This document shows, one piece after another, positions 25,531 through 40,300 of a stretch of DNA of 64,000 bases. Source of the stretch: Octopus sinensis (Eukaryota); NCBI RefSeq assembly GCF_006345805.1, contig NC_042998.1, forward strand, positions 135,904,001 to 135,968,000, read 5' to 3'. The notes beneath the pieces were generated by a model. The model did not search any database, was not told the DNA's origin, and saw nothing but the letters and a program-made list of their open reading frames with translations. The number at the start of each line of letters is the position of its first letter. The first letter of the stretch is position 1. A program made the translations under genes and the position numbers.

Positions 25531-26908
25531 AAGAGCGAGATACAAACAGAAAATACAAAACGAAAACTGAAGAGAGAGGATGAGAGAGAAGATAGAGAGA
25601 TGTGAAACTTAACACTCAACTCAAACGTAGAACCATTCAACATTGTTATTATTGTTTTCCCCTGACAATGGATCAGAAGATATAGTGTTTAACCAGGTAA
25701 AGAAAAAATATATATAAAGTTAGGTAATATAACAACCCTGTATGATGTAGCAGTTGTGCTGTTTGTATCTACTAGACATGAAATTGTTTGTATTACTGTT
25801 GTCTTTTAGCCCAAGGCAGCTCTGACCAAATGGATCTTTTGGTAATGACCATCCACCTTTTAGGCACAGAAGTAGGTACAGGTTTGGCTGGCAGGGTGGA
25901 TAGGAAGTTCAGTTAGCTGCCGTGTAGCTTCAGGTTCAGTCTCACTATGTGATGTCTGGGACAAGGGTTGACCAATATCTGGTGACTCAATCTCATAGAA
26001 GGAAACTGTGTGGGAGCCCATAAAACGTGTGTGTATGTGCGTGTGTGTAAAAGAGAGAGACAGAGAGAGATATCTGTACTTATCCACCATCCACCTCCAC
26101 TAATTGACAACAGTGTTGGTTATGTTCCTTTAACTTAGCAGTCCAGCACAAAGTGACTGATAGAATATATACTAGACTTAAAAATCAATACTGAAGTCAA
26201 TTTGTTTTACTAAACTTATTTAAACTGTGCTCCAGTATGGCCACAGTCAACTGAATGAAACAAGTGAAAGACTAAGAAAATAGCAGTCTGGACTATATTA
26301 TCCAGTGTGTAATTACTTTTTTAAGATAGCATATTATTTGAGGGAAATTTGGCAGTTATTTTTAGCAAGTTGAACAGCTACATTGTGGCTCCCTTATTGG
26401 CCTGTAGAGGTGTTGTTATTTTTCAAAGTTTTGTTACAGTAGTCTGTGTTGATTTTGTTTTAGTTTAATCCAGATTGATCATCTAAGATCAAAGGCATTG
26501 AAGTCCAGGACATTATATTATTATTGTCCAGCATAGCATATCTAGAAGTGAATTATCCAATGTGAGTTGGGGAAGATTCACCTGCTATTTTTAGCAGGTC
26601 AAGCAACTCTATAGTGACTCTATTGTTGGAACAGAGCCACAAAACTATGAAAGAATTGAAACACTGAATTGAAAAGTATTATTTTTCTCCATTCTGGAAT
26701 AAACATTTACATGTAACCTAATAATATTCATTAAGACACCTTTTTTCTTTGTCTTTTTTTCTTCTTTTTTTTTAGCTAATTTATTTCCTGATTACAAAAA
26801 AAAAAAAAGAAAAGAAAAAGGGAAAAATGCCAAAAATATAGGTTTGGCAGGAATTTTGATCTGAAAGAATGTTTTTCAAAAACAAGCATTGTTGTATTTT
26901 GGAAGAGT

Positions 26909-27010
<102 letters not shown>

Positions 27011-27718
27011 GAAAGAGAGAGAGAGAGAAGCAGGTAATAATGATGGAAAACTTTGAATGGTTAACAATCAGATAATTAAATAATAAAGAAATGAATAACA
27101 GCCGCAATCAGTGTCTGTGTGTGTGTTTATAATTGGCAAAGATGATTCTTCCAAAATACCTTACAAAATAACAATAATAAAAGGAAAACACAATGTTATT
27201 TCTAAATGAACCCTTGTTGAATCTGAATAAAACCCAAGGAGAAGACAAATATGAAAATAAAAATAAAATAAATAAATACCAAATAATCAAAGAAAAATCA
27301 GTAGAAATCATAATTTTGCAATAAAACTTATCAACATTTCATGCTATTTTTCCATACTTATTGATTTATATCATCATCATCATCATTTAACGTCTGTTTT
27401 CCATGCTGGTCAGGGTTGGACTGTTTGACATGAGCTGGTCAGCCATAGAGCTGTCCAGACACCAATTGTCTGAGGTGGCATGATTTCAATGGCTGGATGC
27501 CCTTCTTAACACCAACCACTTTACAGAGTGTGCTGGGTGCTTTGAATGGGCCACTGGCACAGGTGCATTCATGCAGCACTGGCATGAGTACATTTTATGC
27601 GGCAACAACACCTGTAAAGGACATGCCTGCAAAATATAAGTTAGTCCTAGAGCACACAATTTTCCTAAAAGTCAGCAATGGTCTTTCTCAGTCACGAGTG
27701 GACGGCCATCATCATATC

Positions 27719-27777
<59 letters not shown>

Positions 27778-27779
<2 letters not shown>

Positions 27780-28425
27780 AGTAACATAAAAATCTGGAGT
27801 TCTGGAGCTGATGAACTCTTTGAATGCGCTTTCAACATCGGTTTGATTTTTAAACTCCTTCTCTTGCAGGAAACCATCAAGGTTCTTTAAAACATGGTAG
27901 TCGATAGGAGAAAAGTCTGGGGAATAAGCTAGGTAGGGAAGAACTTCATAGCTAAGTTCCCTCAACTTCTGGAGCTTCATTGGTAAAACATGTGGTCAAG
28001 CATTGTCATGAACAATGATTGGCCCTCTTCTGTTGACTAGTCTGGGACAGAAGAGTAGCAGTTTTTCGTTCATTTTGAAAATTTCATGGCAATAAGTTTC
28101 TGCAGGAATGGTTTTTCCAGGTTTTAAGAAATTATAGTGGATGAGCCCAGCAGTACTCCACCTAACAGTCACCATAACCTTCTTTTTGAAGAGCTTGGGT
28201 TTAGGGAAGGTTTTCGGTGTTTCACTTTGGTCCAACCACTGCAAAGAACGTTTTTTATTACTGTACAGAATCCACTTTTCGTTGCAAGTTACAATATGGT
28301 TGAGAAATGGATCAGTCTGGTTACGGAGAAGTGACAAACAAATTTCATATCTGCACATTTTCTAATTTTCATTCAAATTGTGTGGTACCAATTTGTTGAG
28401 CTTCTTTGATCTTCCAATCGCATGA
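27778..28425 (-). mobile_element. Mariner (DD34D) transposase pseudogene fragment
   Basis: FLNHIVTCNEKWILY (first D mutated to N), KVMVTVRWS, HDNA*PH, YSPDFSPIDYH and FYVTGI. Has a stop and a frameshift; truncated at (TA)n. Confidence 0.93.
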
Positions 28426-28959
28426 TGGTTGTAAGCAAGCATGACTGTCATACAAGCAATGTTGTTTGCTTCCAGTCTTCCATGTAAAACATGTTTGGCC
28501 ATGGGGAAAAATTACCTTGCTCCATTCATAGAAAATATGGTTCAATGAATTCTGTCAAACCCATACAAGCATGGAAAAGTGGACATTTATTGATGATGAT
28601 GATGATGATGATGATGATAAGTATTAGCTTAGGGTGATGACATCTTGATAATAAGGTAATGGGCTCAGTTCTTTGATTGGGTAGCATATTGTGTCCTTGA
28701 ACAGGGCACATAATTTCTCAATGCTCCAGTCTACTCAGCTGAAAATGAGTAACAGCCAACTACTGATGCAGCTCTATCTCCTTCCACTCATTACATCCTC
28801 AATGTTCCACTGGATCAAGAGTGGGAGGGCAAAGAGCATGTCTATGTCCACTGGTGATTGCATGGGTACCTGTAGCAACTAGTGAAAGTGTGGTGCAAGC
28901 CACCAGACCATACTCACTTGCGAGTGATGAGTAAGCTTCAGACAACATATATTATACAT

Positions 28960-28995
<36 letters not shown>

Positions 28996-29005
28996 CATGC
29001 ACATG

Positions 29006-29041
<36 letters not shown>

Positions 29042-31029
29042 CATGCACATGCATGTGTGTGTGTGTGTGTGTGCGTGTGCGTGCATGCACATGCATGTGT
29101 GTGTGTAGAGTGAGAATGCTTGAAGTGGTGTACAGATATTGTATATTAAGAAGAAAGAGGCAGTCAGAATTTGGGATAGCGCTAATAAAGAATTATCCAA
29201 AATTCTGACTGCCTCCTTCTTTATTTCATAAAATTAGCCACAAGGGCTTTACACAGAAGCAATTGCAGGCTGGACAAAATACAAGATGAGACGAAGGATA
29301 AACAAATAGATGATATTGATGGGGAAGACAGACGCCGCCTGCCGATCACTGCCTCCTTCTTAAAACACACACACACACAGACACAGAAAGAGAGGGTTTT
29401 GTACTACAAATGGGAGGAAAAGAACTAAATTCAAGAGACCAACAACTAAATAGAACTTACTTTATGAGTAGATAGCCCAATACCTCATACATTCAGCTGT
29501 CTCACCTCTATGAGGTAAATACTTATTTCTAGTATAGCATTCATATATATTTGTCAAGGAAAAATATAGTCATTTGAACTGATACAGTAAATGACTGGTA
29601 TTTATTTTAGTAACCTTGAAAGGGCTAGCCTAGGTAGGAATTAAAGTAAGAATAAAGACAAACACAACTAAATATTGTGAGATATTTAGTCCAAATTTCA
29701 ATGTCTGAGTCTCCACCTCCCAACAGATTAAATAAATTATGAGAAGAGGTAATATTGAAATCTAACAGACACAAGATTTATGAACTCCAGCACTCAACTG
29801 GTATATTATTTTGTCAACCATGGAAAGATGAATGACAAAGTTGACCTTGGTGGGATTAGAACTCACAACATGAAACACCATAAGTGAATACCACTAGACA
29901 TTCTGTCCAACACCCTAACAATTCTGCTGATTCACAGTAGTAACCGTGTTTGTTTTTATTTTAGCTTGAGTCAGTAAAAACAAAAATTTACAAGTATTTT
30001 TGTTACTTGATTTATCTTTCCCATGAATGAATCTGCAATATAAAGGCTTCTATTGAGATTTTAAGCATCTTATTTTACATAAAACCGAGTCTGTCTGTCT
30101 AGATGGAAAACAGATAAGAGGCCTGCTTCGTGACATGAGAGTGGCTTCTGTTTGAAATAACTATCTGGATATAATTCTTATATTCTTGAAATTCATGCAC
30201 AAATCCACATATACAGGAGTGAGCCTAAATAACTTGGTCATGATGTTTACTTAACAGAGCTGGATCACTGACCATATCGTTCAGAAGTTAAAATCCTACA
30301 GCAGCCATGATGTTGAGTGACCTTCAGCAAAGTCAATAACTTTGACAACAACAAGTAAAACCAGGTCATATTCCTACTCTCACAGTTAAGTGGTTAGCAG
30401 TAGAAAGGGCATCCAACTGTATAAAAAACATTTGATGTATTCATCCAAACAAGGAAAAAGGAAATAAATAAATAAACAAAATAAGTGAAATGCATAGATA
30501 ACTACAAGAACAAGAAAGATTAAAGTGCATTATTCAACAATAAAAATATTTGATTCAATAGTCAATTGCTCATAAAAATATTGATATTTGGAAATTTGCC
30601 ACAGCCAAAACAATCAAAATAAAGCTCCTGTCAAATATTTCCCCTTTTATTATATTTTTCTTGTTTTGAAAATGTTAATCTGATATTTATTTCATTGTAG
30701 TCATGGATGGATAAATTTCCAGAATTCTCTTTCCCTTTTGTCATTTCCTAGGTAACCCTTGACATATCTTACTATTCTGAACTATTCTGTGCACGTGTTT
30801 GTGATTGTGTTTCTGACAGTGTTTGTCATCCATCCCCCCACCCCCATCGAATACCACCACTGCTTGATAACTAGTGTTGGTTTGTTTATGTCCCTTGAGC
30901 ATGTATCAGACTTTAAAAGTAAGTACTGAGGCTGATTTGTTTGAATAAATCCTTCAAGGTAATGCTCCAGCATGGCTATAATCCAATTACTAAAACAAAA
31001 GATAAAAATATAAAGAAAAAATATCTAGA

Positions 31030-31365
31030 GCATTTGTTACTTATGAACCCCTTTTATTACTATTTTATTCTGGTGGTCCCCCAAAGCTTTTCGATGTTTA
31101 AAAACTAGTTTTATAGAAACTTCTTTCAAAATTTCTTTTCGTTTTTTTACACAATAACTAGTATAGGTTAAAGCATGTAAAATGTTAGAAAAAGAACCCT
31201 AGCTGTTTCTTGCAATACATACCAATACATACATCTAAAGCAAAATTTTTTCAGAGGCCCTTAAAATACTATTGTGGATCCCCAATTTACTATTTTGTTA
31301 TGTGGATCCCCAAAAATCTTATATGGACCTTCAGGAGATGAATGAACCCCGATTGAGAAGCACTG
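31030..31365. mobile_element. hAT/Charlie-like MITE remnant
   Basis: 3' terminus gattgagaagcactg and repeated ggaccc/gaaccc subterminal motifs; 5' TIR decayed. Confidence 0.55.
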
Positions 31366-32104
31366 ATCTAAGAATATATTCATAGGTTGTATCTAACACA
31401 GTATGTAATTACACATCAATAATTTACATAATTCATCTTAGGGTCAGCATCATTATCATCCTCATTAAAACTCTTATCCCAAATGAGCTAATTTTTTTGT
31501 TTATATTATTATCTAAATAGTTCCTATACTTACAATGCCTGTATTTCAAAATTTCACTTAATACAATAACTGTTCTTTTCACTGTTATATTAGGGCTGGA
31601 GGCCTTTCTAGAAATAGAAGCTAAATCATCCTCAAACTACTCCATCTTTAAAAACAATGAACAGCTTGAATAATATAGTCTAGTCTGCAATATGTCTGAA
31701 AAATAGGCAAGATAGTCACAGCTGGAAAGTATCTAATCATAGAAAATTTTGTTTCTGTATTTGGTTTATAAAATTCTCACATGTTGAAACAAATTTTATT
31801 TTATCTTGAGGGGGTGAATTTGCCAATAATAAACACATGCACTAGTTTTATTTTATTTTTTAAAATTATTATTTTCATTAGCCTCTTCTTTCAATTCTGT
31901 TTCCATTTCTTGCCAAAGGTCTTCTTGACACCTAGGGCAGAGAAATGTACTGTATACATTGGTAGGCCATTAAAATAAACACACCAGATTGTTCATTTAC
32001 AAAGTCATGTGATAGAGAAAAAGGGAACAAAAGACAGAGAGAAAAAGGAAACAATAAAAAATAAAAAAGTAAACAAAGAAAATAAAGAGGGGAGGGAAGA
32101 AAAT

Positions 32105-33552
32105 TCATAGCGACAATGCTCTTCTCAATATGCATGACGTACCAGTTAAGACAATCTTTTGCACTTCCTGCAAGGATGGTAAGCAAGAGATCAATCTTAA
32201 ATAATTTTCAGTTCCTTTTTTGATCATTCCAAGTGCTCCTACGATCACTGGTACTGTATCCGTCTTGAAATGCCACATCTTTTCGATTTTGATTGGCAAA
32301 TTTTTATATTTTCTGAGCTTAGCAAATTCTTTTGCTGAGATATTATAGTCACAGAGTATGCTCATGTCAATCAATAAAGAGACGTTATTGTTTTGGTCTT
32401 TCACAACAACATTTGGTTTATTTGCTTTGATGGTCTGGTCTGTACATACTGGGAAGTCCCAAAGAATAGTTACATTTTCTCCCTCAGTTACAGCCACAAG
32501 GTGGTGCTTGTACCTTTTGTCAGTAGTTTTGATTTTATAATGCTGACACATTATCCACTGTAGATATTGGCCAATTCTGTCATGTCTTGATTTGTACTCT
32601 ACAGGTGCTAAAACCTTACACTCAGATCAGTTGGTCCACTGTTTCAATCCCATCATTGCAGTATCAGCAGTTTGGGTCTATGCCATTTTTCATCACATTG
32701 GCTTGATAGTTCCAGGTCAATAAGCTCTGATCTTGGGCAACCAAGATAAAGCCTTCACTCTCTGCCTTTAGCTCTGAGCTCTGCAGCCACTGATGGGTGT
32801 GCTTCTAGTTTACATCAGCTTGTTTGCTATGGGCCACATATTTGTCATACAGAGGTTTTTGTTCTCACCTATTAGCCAACTTTCCAAATGCATTTTGCTT
32901 TGCAATTGATTTCACCTTTGCAACTACAGTTGCTGCACTTCTATCATGCTGTTCTACGTGGGTATTATGCATAAACTCACTTGCAAACTTTTTGCTCTCC
33001 TTCATAACAGAACGAAACTGCTTACATTTTTCAAAGTTTTCAACAAGCTTTAGCATCCAGTTGTTAGATGTTTCAAGATATTTTGCCAGTCCAGTTGTGG
33101 TGGCTTTGCAGGAGATTTCAAACTGCATCAAGTCTCAACCTCCTTGAGCTCTGGGTAGATAAAGACAATCTGCATCTACCTTTGGGTGGTGCATCTTATT
33201 GCAAGTCAGCAGCTTATGGATTTTCCTGTCAATCTTCCTTATTTCACTCATATGCCAGTTTAACACATTGAAACTGTAAATAACAACCTGAATTGCTAAG
33301 GAACTTATAGCTAAAACCTTGTTACATGCATTTAACTCGGATTTTAGGACTGCTCGAACTCTTCTATAACATTCCTTCCTGATCTTCTCTTTCACACTTG
33401 CATGCTAAATGCCAGAGCCCTCATTTATTCCAAAGTATTTGCAAGTTTGTTCCTGCTCAAGTTCTTTTGTGACCACGTCAACATCTAACACCACTGAATG
33501 TGAAGTCTTCAATTTCCCTTTCTGGAAAGTGGCCTTGGTACATTTATCAATC
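32105..33552 (-). mobile_element. Second R4/Dong-clade LINE, 5'-truncated and decayed
   Basis: MKEKIRKECYRRVRAVLKSELN, HHPKVDADCLYLPRAQGG, ILWDFPVCTDQTIKANKPNVVVKD..LIDMS..K..KY.....VPVIVGALG (RLE). Homologous to, but diverged from, the 15.7-17.6 kb copy. Confidence 0.92.
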
Positions 33553-33586
33553 TGGTGGCGGTGGTATTAGTAAGAGTAGTAGTAGT

Positions 33587-33840
33587 AGTCAACTAGTAGA
33601 CCATTTAACCAAGTAAGTAATCAATTGTTTGATTAAACATTTAGCCAATCAATCAGTCAGGTAAGTACGTCAAAGTCTTTTCATTACCTTTCATGACCGC
33701 ATCAGTAACTGCTTCAGACTTGAAGTAGAAAGGGCATGTCATTGACGAGGTCATGAATAGCAGCAAAAGGACTTCAACAAACTTAACTGACAGACAAGTT
33801 AATCAAACAATCTATAGGTTAATTGGTTAACTAGCTGACT
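33587..33840. repeat. Degenerate ~250-bp palindrome (fold-back/MITE-like)
   Basis: agtcaactag..attgtttgattaa..aagtcttttc..ttcatgacc versus ggtcatgaa..aaaaggactt..ttaatcaaacaat..ctagctgact. Confidence 0.75.
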
Positions 33841-35493
33841 AATAAAAGAAGTGAAATATAACCAGTGCATGCATTTATTATTGGCGAAATGACACTCCCA
33901 AGATACAACTAAATTTAATCACAGATATGTTCAATTACTAGCAACTTAGGGCTAATTACCAGCACTACAGACACCTTTAGTAGAGGCCAGCAGTCAGATC
34001 AGATTTCTACTTCTATCTCCCAGCCTAGATTTTTCTGCAGAGTTGTCACCTTGTAATCCACAAGGAGTTACAAGATGATCTCACATGTGCTAATGCCATG
34101 AAAAAAAATGCCCAGTACACTCTGCAAAGTGATTGGCATAAGAAATGCATACAACTACAGAAGACATATCAAAAATGAGACATTAGAGTAAACCAGCCAC
34201 CTATGCCAGCATGAAAAGCAAATGGTTGATGACGATGATGATGTTGACGACAACAACAACAACAATGATGAGTCAAGCTTAGACAGCATCCACATCAATC
34301 TCTCTTGTCTGGGAGGCCTTGTAAACATCAAAACAACTATTCATCTGCCATTGACTAACTTATATATTAAGAATCTATCTAAAAAAGACAAGAAAAGAAA
34401 ACTTTTATCTCAATCCAGTCTGATTACCATCCTATCAACTGCCTCAAACAGATATTTTACCATCTTCTCAGCCAGTTTTATTAAAAGTTTGCATCACTGA
34501 TTTTCTTTCTGGCAAACATCTAAAATCTTAAAATAGATCCATTGGACATAGAGGAAAGAGAACTGGGAAACTGACTGGAAATTAAAGACATTATATAATA
34601 TTGATATTGTTGTATAGCCCCAGGTCAGCTCTGGACAAATGCACCTATGATGAAAGGCACTTCAGCCATAACAATCCTGTCTTTTATGAGATATAGTGAA
34701 TCAAGTACCATATCATTTAATGTGTCCTTTTACATGACAGTATGTCCTTATAAAAAGGACACACATATGAAGGAGACTTGGCTGCTACTTTTAGCAGGGT
34801 GAGCAACCATGAGGAGACTCTCTCTTACTGACTTGGTTAAATAATGTTGTTGCTTTCCATCCTCAGGTTAACTGTGATCAAAGGCATTCCAGCCTTGATC
34901 ATCCATCTGTTTGGTATGTTTAGGGAAAACACAACCACGTTATCCAAAGGGACCATTTCTGACATGGTTGGGTGTGAATTGAGGAAATTTCGAGTGCTGT
35001 TTCAAGCAGGTCAAGTAATAAACTAGAGGCTGCTTTGTTAGCCAAGTTACATAATGTATGCAAGAGAGTTAGGTGACATTACAGGTATGGATACATGATG
35101 CAGCTGAACGACCTCTAATAGATGAAAATAAAACATGTCATGCTAACAATGATAGTTTCCTATTGAAGAGTAAGACAAAAAAAATATATGAGAAATGATG
35201 TTAATTGGATCTCAGGACACTGTTATTCTGATTCATGACATTTTGGACAGCTTGTTCTTTGACAGAGATTATAAATCAACACTAAAAATACTATTAATGT
35301 CTACATAAGCCTCCTGCCTTAATTTACTGTATCTACTCATGTATAAATCACACTATGTTGTAACTGATTTTAACTGAAAAAATTAGGGTGTGACTAATAC
35401 ACAGGGTAAAGCTAAAACTATGAAGAAGGAAAAAAATTTGTACCAACATTTAACATTAAATTAGAGGTGCAACTTATACACAAGTAAAGATAG

Positions 35494-35714
35494 TAACCAT
35501 TATGCTACCATATTTCTGGTGAAATACTCAGCCTTTCTTTCAATTAATTTTGAAAATAATGGAGAATTTAATAAAATAACTTTTAAGCTGGTGTTCGGAA
35601 TACAAATTAACATGGAATTTTTATGGAAGGTTTTAATTTAGATCACTTTAAAACAGGAAGTTTGTATTGTAGAGCCAAGGGTGGTCTTAGGCAGGTTGGT
35701 ATCAGAAGGGTTAA
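35494..35714. mobile_element. piggyBac-like MITE (family shared with 47790-48014)
   Basis: Ends ...ggtatcagaaggg|TTAA; internal sequence similar to the copy at 47790-48014. Confidence 0.6.
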
Positions 35715-36979
35715 TGAATTCAACCATTAATTGAATTTATTACTATCAATGTATTACTGGTACATATCAACTGGAGAAGAATGAAAAGTTAAATCAGTCA
35801 AAAATAGTTTCCACACTCAAGCAATGAGATGCAATGAGTACAATATGTTATCAATGAACCAATATCACATAATGTAATCTTCTAAGACAAGGAACATCTG
35901 TTAATTACACATTTAAATGGAAATGCAGATGAATGTGCGAATATTTCTGAATATAATTAAAGCAAGGAGCTTATAACTAATTCCTTTATCTTGCTAGCTG
36001 TGTGAAGATTTATTTTTAAAATCACAGAAAAGAACTGAGAGAAAAGACAAAAATGATATTTAAAAAAACATAAAGGAAAAAGATTTAAAAACAAAAAAAA
36101 ATTGAATTGATAGGAAGTGAGAGCTTGCAAAAAGAATTTAAAGAAAAAAGATCTTATCAAGTTACAGGTTTAAAACCCATCATTTTCGTTGACAGAAGGC
36201 AATAACTTTTGAATACTACTGAAAGATTTGTTTATTTCTAATAAATAAAACAGGAAAAAAAGAATGAGAAATGTTAAGAAGAAAGACAAAACTGTTGTTT
36301 GTAATTGTAATGTTTGAGACATTGATGAGGTAGCATTAAAAAAATATAATGATTGTGATAGCATGAGATAAAATGTTGGATTAGTAATTGAGAAAATGAT
36401 GCTTACAGTACAGTGAAAACAAACAATAATGTTTAATATAATGTTATAGGTGTGGTAGGGATGGCATTGGAAAATAACAGGATATAATAACTGTGAGTTT
36501 AAGAATGATTTGTTGGCAGCAGCAGAAAAAAATAAACTTAAAAAAATAAAAAAGATGAAAAAAAATGGCAGATGTTTGCAGAAATAGAACATTATTAGAA
36601 GAATGTTGCATTTTGAAGGTGGCACCAAGCCTGAAACTTATAAGTGGTGTGATGGAGGTGAAGACAAAAGAATATTGGACCTGCTTTCTTTACTTTAAAT
36701 GGAAAACAGTGGGATCAATATTTCCATAAAGAAATTTAAAAAAAAACATTAATAAAAGTTACCCAGTAGATGTGATTCATTACACACACTTTGAAGATAG
36801 AAGCAGAATTATCCCCACACTCCATTTCTCTAAATTACTTGAATTTTTTTTTTTTGCTAAATTCTTAAAATTTTTTTGTTAAATTCTTTGAACTTTGAGG
36901 AATTCCTTGAATTTCTCAGATAAGATCTCATTAGCAGAATGATGCAAGTAAACTTTATCTGTTCTTCATTAAAAGATTG

Positions 36980-37365
36980 TATTTCAAACCATGAATTAAA
37001 AACCTCTTTCTGAACCAACATATTTCAGACAATAGCCTAGAAAAACATTTGTTATTTCAAACCTTGATCTATAAAACCACTTTACTAAACCAGAGTATTT
37101 CAGACTAAAACTCAAAAACTATTTTGCTGAGCTGTAATATTTCACACCACTGAGTACAAACTTCTTTTATTGAGCTGCTGTAGTCCAAAGCAATATCCAA
37201 AAACCACTTTGCTGAACTACTATACTTCAGACCATGAACTATAGACCACTGTATTGGAACTCTATACTTAAGACTTAGCTACTGCTTCCAGTTCTGAGAC
37301 CTAACTACTACTTCCAGTTATAACCAGACCTAAGTACTGTTTCTATTTATGACCAGACCTAATTA
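36980..37365. repeat. Ancient degenerate ~42-bp tandem repeat (~7 units) followed by a ~27-bp repeat
   Basis: tatttca(a/g/c)ac-like starts at 36980, 37021, 37053, 37096, 37138, 37181, 37223 and 37265, then agacctaa.tact.. units. Confidence 0.75.
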
Positions 37366-40300
37366 ACCCCCTTACATGCTACCCTAACAAACCATTGATA
37401 CAGATGCAATCAACTTTCTATCTATATACCTTAACATCCATTCACTTCATTGATCATAAACTTAGTGCTCCAAAGTTCCCTTAGGCTAATGAATTGAATG
37501 TGTGATAAACACACATTCATCTGAAAGGTGAAGCTGTTCTCAAATGACAAAATACTACAAATATTAGCATATTTAGATATGAATCTGATGAAATATATTA
37601 AAAATGAATATGTAAGTCATTGTAAAAATACAGAATCATGATTAATCCTACAACTAACCACAACCCTTTAGTCTTGTTGGGGACAAGATGACCACTCAAG
37701 TGCTGCAGCTATGATAGTATGCTTCCAGTTCACACTGTGAAGTGGTTGGTGATAGAAAGGAAGTACAGCCTTCCTTAGAAGCCAAGCCAAAAACAGTGGA
37801 AACCAAACCAAAAATTATACAAACCAAACCGAAACTACAATGTTTGTATTAGATGTGGTCTTCTGAGCCAGCTAGAAAGGTAGTAACTGTTAATAAAAAG
37901 TAACACAGCCCATAACAACCCATATAATTTACAAGACATGAAAAGTTAACATAAAATGATAAAGAAGATGAAGATGATGGTAACTAACCCATGCAAACTT
38001 TACTGTATCACTCCCACACAAAGGCTTTTATTTAATGCTTTCAAATAAATTAGGATAAGAAACTAACATAACTAGTTTTGTGAGAAATGCCATTGTTTTA
38101 TTACATCATATCAATATGCATTTAATCTCCTTGTAAAATTATAGCCCCCAGGAAAGCCAATCTGACAGACTGTGATAAGGATTGAACTGACTGGCTACAT
38201 TGTTACTTCACAACTCATCCAGATCCATGTTGTATAGTTGGTACTGTAGTTATTATAAAAACAAGATTTATCACCCTGTATAGTACTATTCAAACAGATA
38301 TCACAGAAGAACAATTACTATTAGAAATATAAAACTGTTGTCCAGTTTGTTATCCTATTATTACAAGAACTGAACCTTAAGAGGAAGTATTTTTATGTCC
38401 TCAAGTTTAGAAAACCATGTTAAATAGCTTCTGAATATTTTGTTAATTATGTCCCACATTTCAAGCATAATGTTTATTTATAGACATAAAGTATTGGTGC
38501 ATTGGTGTGTTTGAGCATGCATTTGTGTGAAAAAAAAAAAGATAAAACATGTGCATACATACATATATACATGCACACATACATACACACACATATATAC
38601 ATACACATACATACAAGCAAACAAGCACATATTCATGAACAGACAATACTAAAAGCTGTAAACCATTTGGGTGACTTATACACACAAATGTCCAAATTTG
38701 TAATAAAAAGAAAAAATTAAGAAAGGAGAGAAAATCCTTATATCATACACGATAATATTGTTTTTTTTTTTTGTTTTTTTTTACAAATTTAAAGAGTGCC
38801 CCTGTGTATGTCCACTTAGAATTAAATTTGTTGACTGACTAAGGTGCTACAGTTAGGCAAACAAACAAGCTAAATCTCTCTACCATATACATTACACTAT
38901 CTCATCTTACTCTGACCATCTGGAAAATATTAAATATTTGTTTCTATTCAACAAGGATCACTGCCTATTGTTAAATACTTGTTTTATATTGGGATAACTA
39001 TCCACTTATTTCTAGTACACATGAATATACCTAGTATTGCTGACCAATAGAACCTTGATACAAGAACTTAACATAGGAATATTTCAAATATTTCTAGCAG
39101 AAACAAATGAATGAATGAAAACACACACACACATGATGGTTGCAATTTGATCTTAAGCAATGTCATCACTTGCCTGTTCTCCTAAAGCAGCAGCAATGTG
39201 GCAATGATGGGTGCCACTTGTTCAGAGAGCTACCCCATCCACACATACACCTTCATTCCATCATTGAGTGTTTTGCCTTTTATGACTATGGCCAGCCATA
39301 GTATGCAACACATAACAGATGTTTAAAAAAAAAAAAAGCAATACCAGAGCCTAAAACTTTTCAAAATAAGGCAAGGCCCACTCTCTAAACAATGCAAGAA
39401 TTTTCCCAAAAAGACAAACTAGACGACATCATTAGATGCAAACAAAGTTGCAAGTTTTCCTTCCTTTCAAGAGATATTTAAACAAAGATAAGGTATCTCT
39501 GACTTGCAGCTGTTGGATGGTTGTTGATGCTACTGAGTTCATCAATCCTTTGATAGGTTTTGTCTTGTGGAGTGTCCTACAAAAACCAATCTCCTTGCCA
39601 AGCAGGCTGTACAGAGTTACATGTTACAGTAGCACTAACAATGATCTAACAGTACTCATCATCATCATTGTTAAACATCCTCCTTCCATGCTGGCATGGG
39701 TTGAACAGTTTGACAGGAGCTGGCCAGGCAGAGCCTGCACCATGTTTCTGTGTCTGTTTTGGCATGGTTTTTATGGTTGGATGCCCTTTCTAACACCAAC
39801 CAGTGAGCTGAGTGCTTTTTTATGTGGCACTCACACAGGTGAGGTCAGTTTTGGCACAGTTTTTGCTGCTGGATGCCCTTCTTAATGCCAACCACTTTAC
39901 AGTGTAGACTGGGTGCTTTTTAAGTGGCACCTGCACTGGAAGGATAAACCAAGTAACTTTGCAAATTATATATATACATATAAACTCGTATAGTGAGGGC
40001 ACAAAGCTTAGTGGTGAGGGAGTTAAATTCCTAGACTGGGTGGTGCATTGTGTTCTTGAGCAAAACACTTCATCTCATGTTGCTCTGTGATCACTTCAAA
40101 GCCTGACGCATGGTACACAGTGCACCTGTACAGACAATGTTGATTTGATGGAGAGAGTGATATGCGGCACAAGCATTTGATCATCATCATCACCATTATC
40201 ATCGTTTAACATCCACCTTCCATGGGTGGGACATTATAAACAAATCATTTGTGCATCTGTAAAAATCATGTCAAAAGTAATCTTAACTGAGCTAGTACCA

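Noticed and set aside
25292-25643. Lys/Glu-rich and Phe/Leu/Ser-rich ORFs
   Set aside because: Products of a purine-rich 45-bp minisatellite and GA repeats.
36980-37265. CRISPR-like regular spacing
   Set aside because: Eukaryotic context, no cas genes, non-identical repeats and mutually similar spacers.
39440-39580. Possible minus-strand exon after tttttgtag
   Set aside because: Frames hit stops without a good donor; more likely a decayed CR1-like 3' end, which is itself too weak to call.
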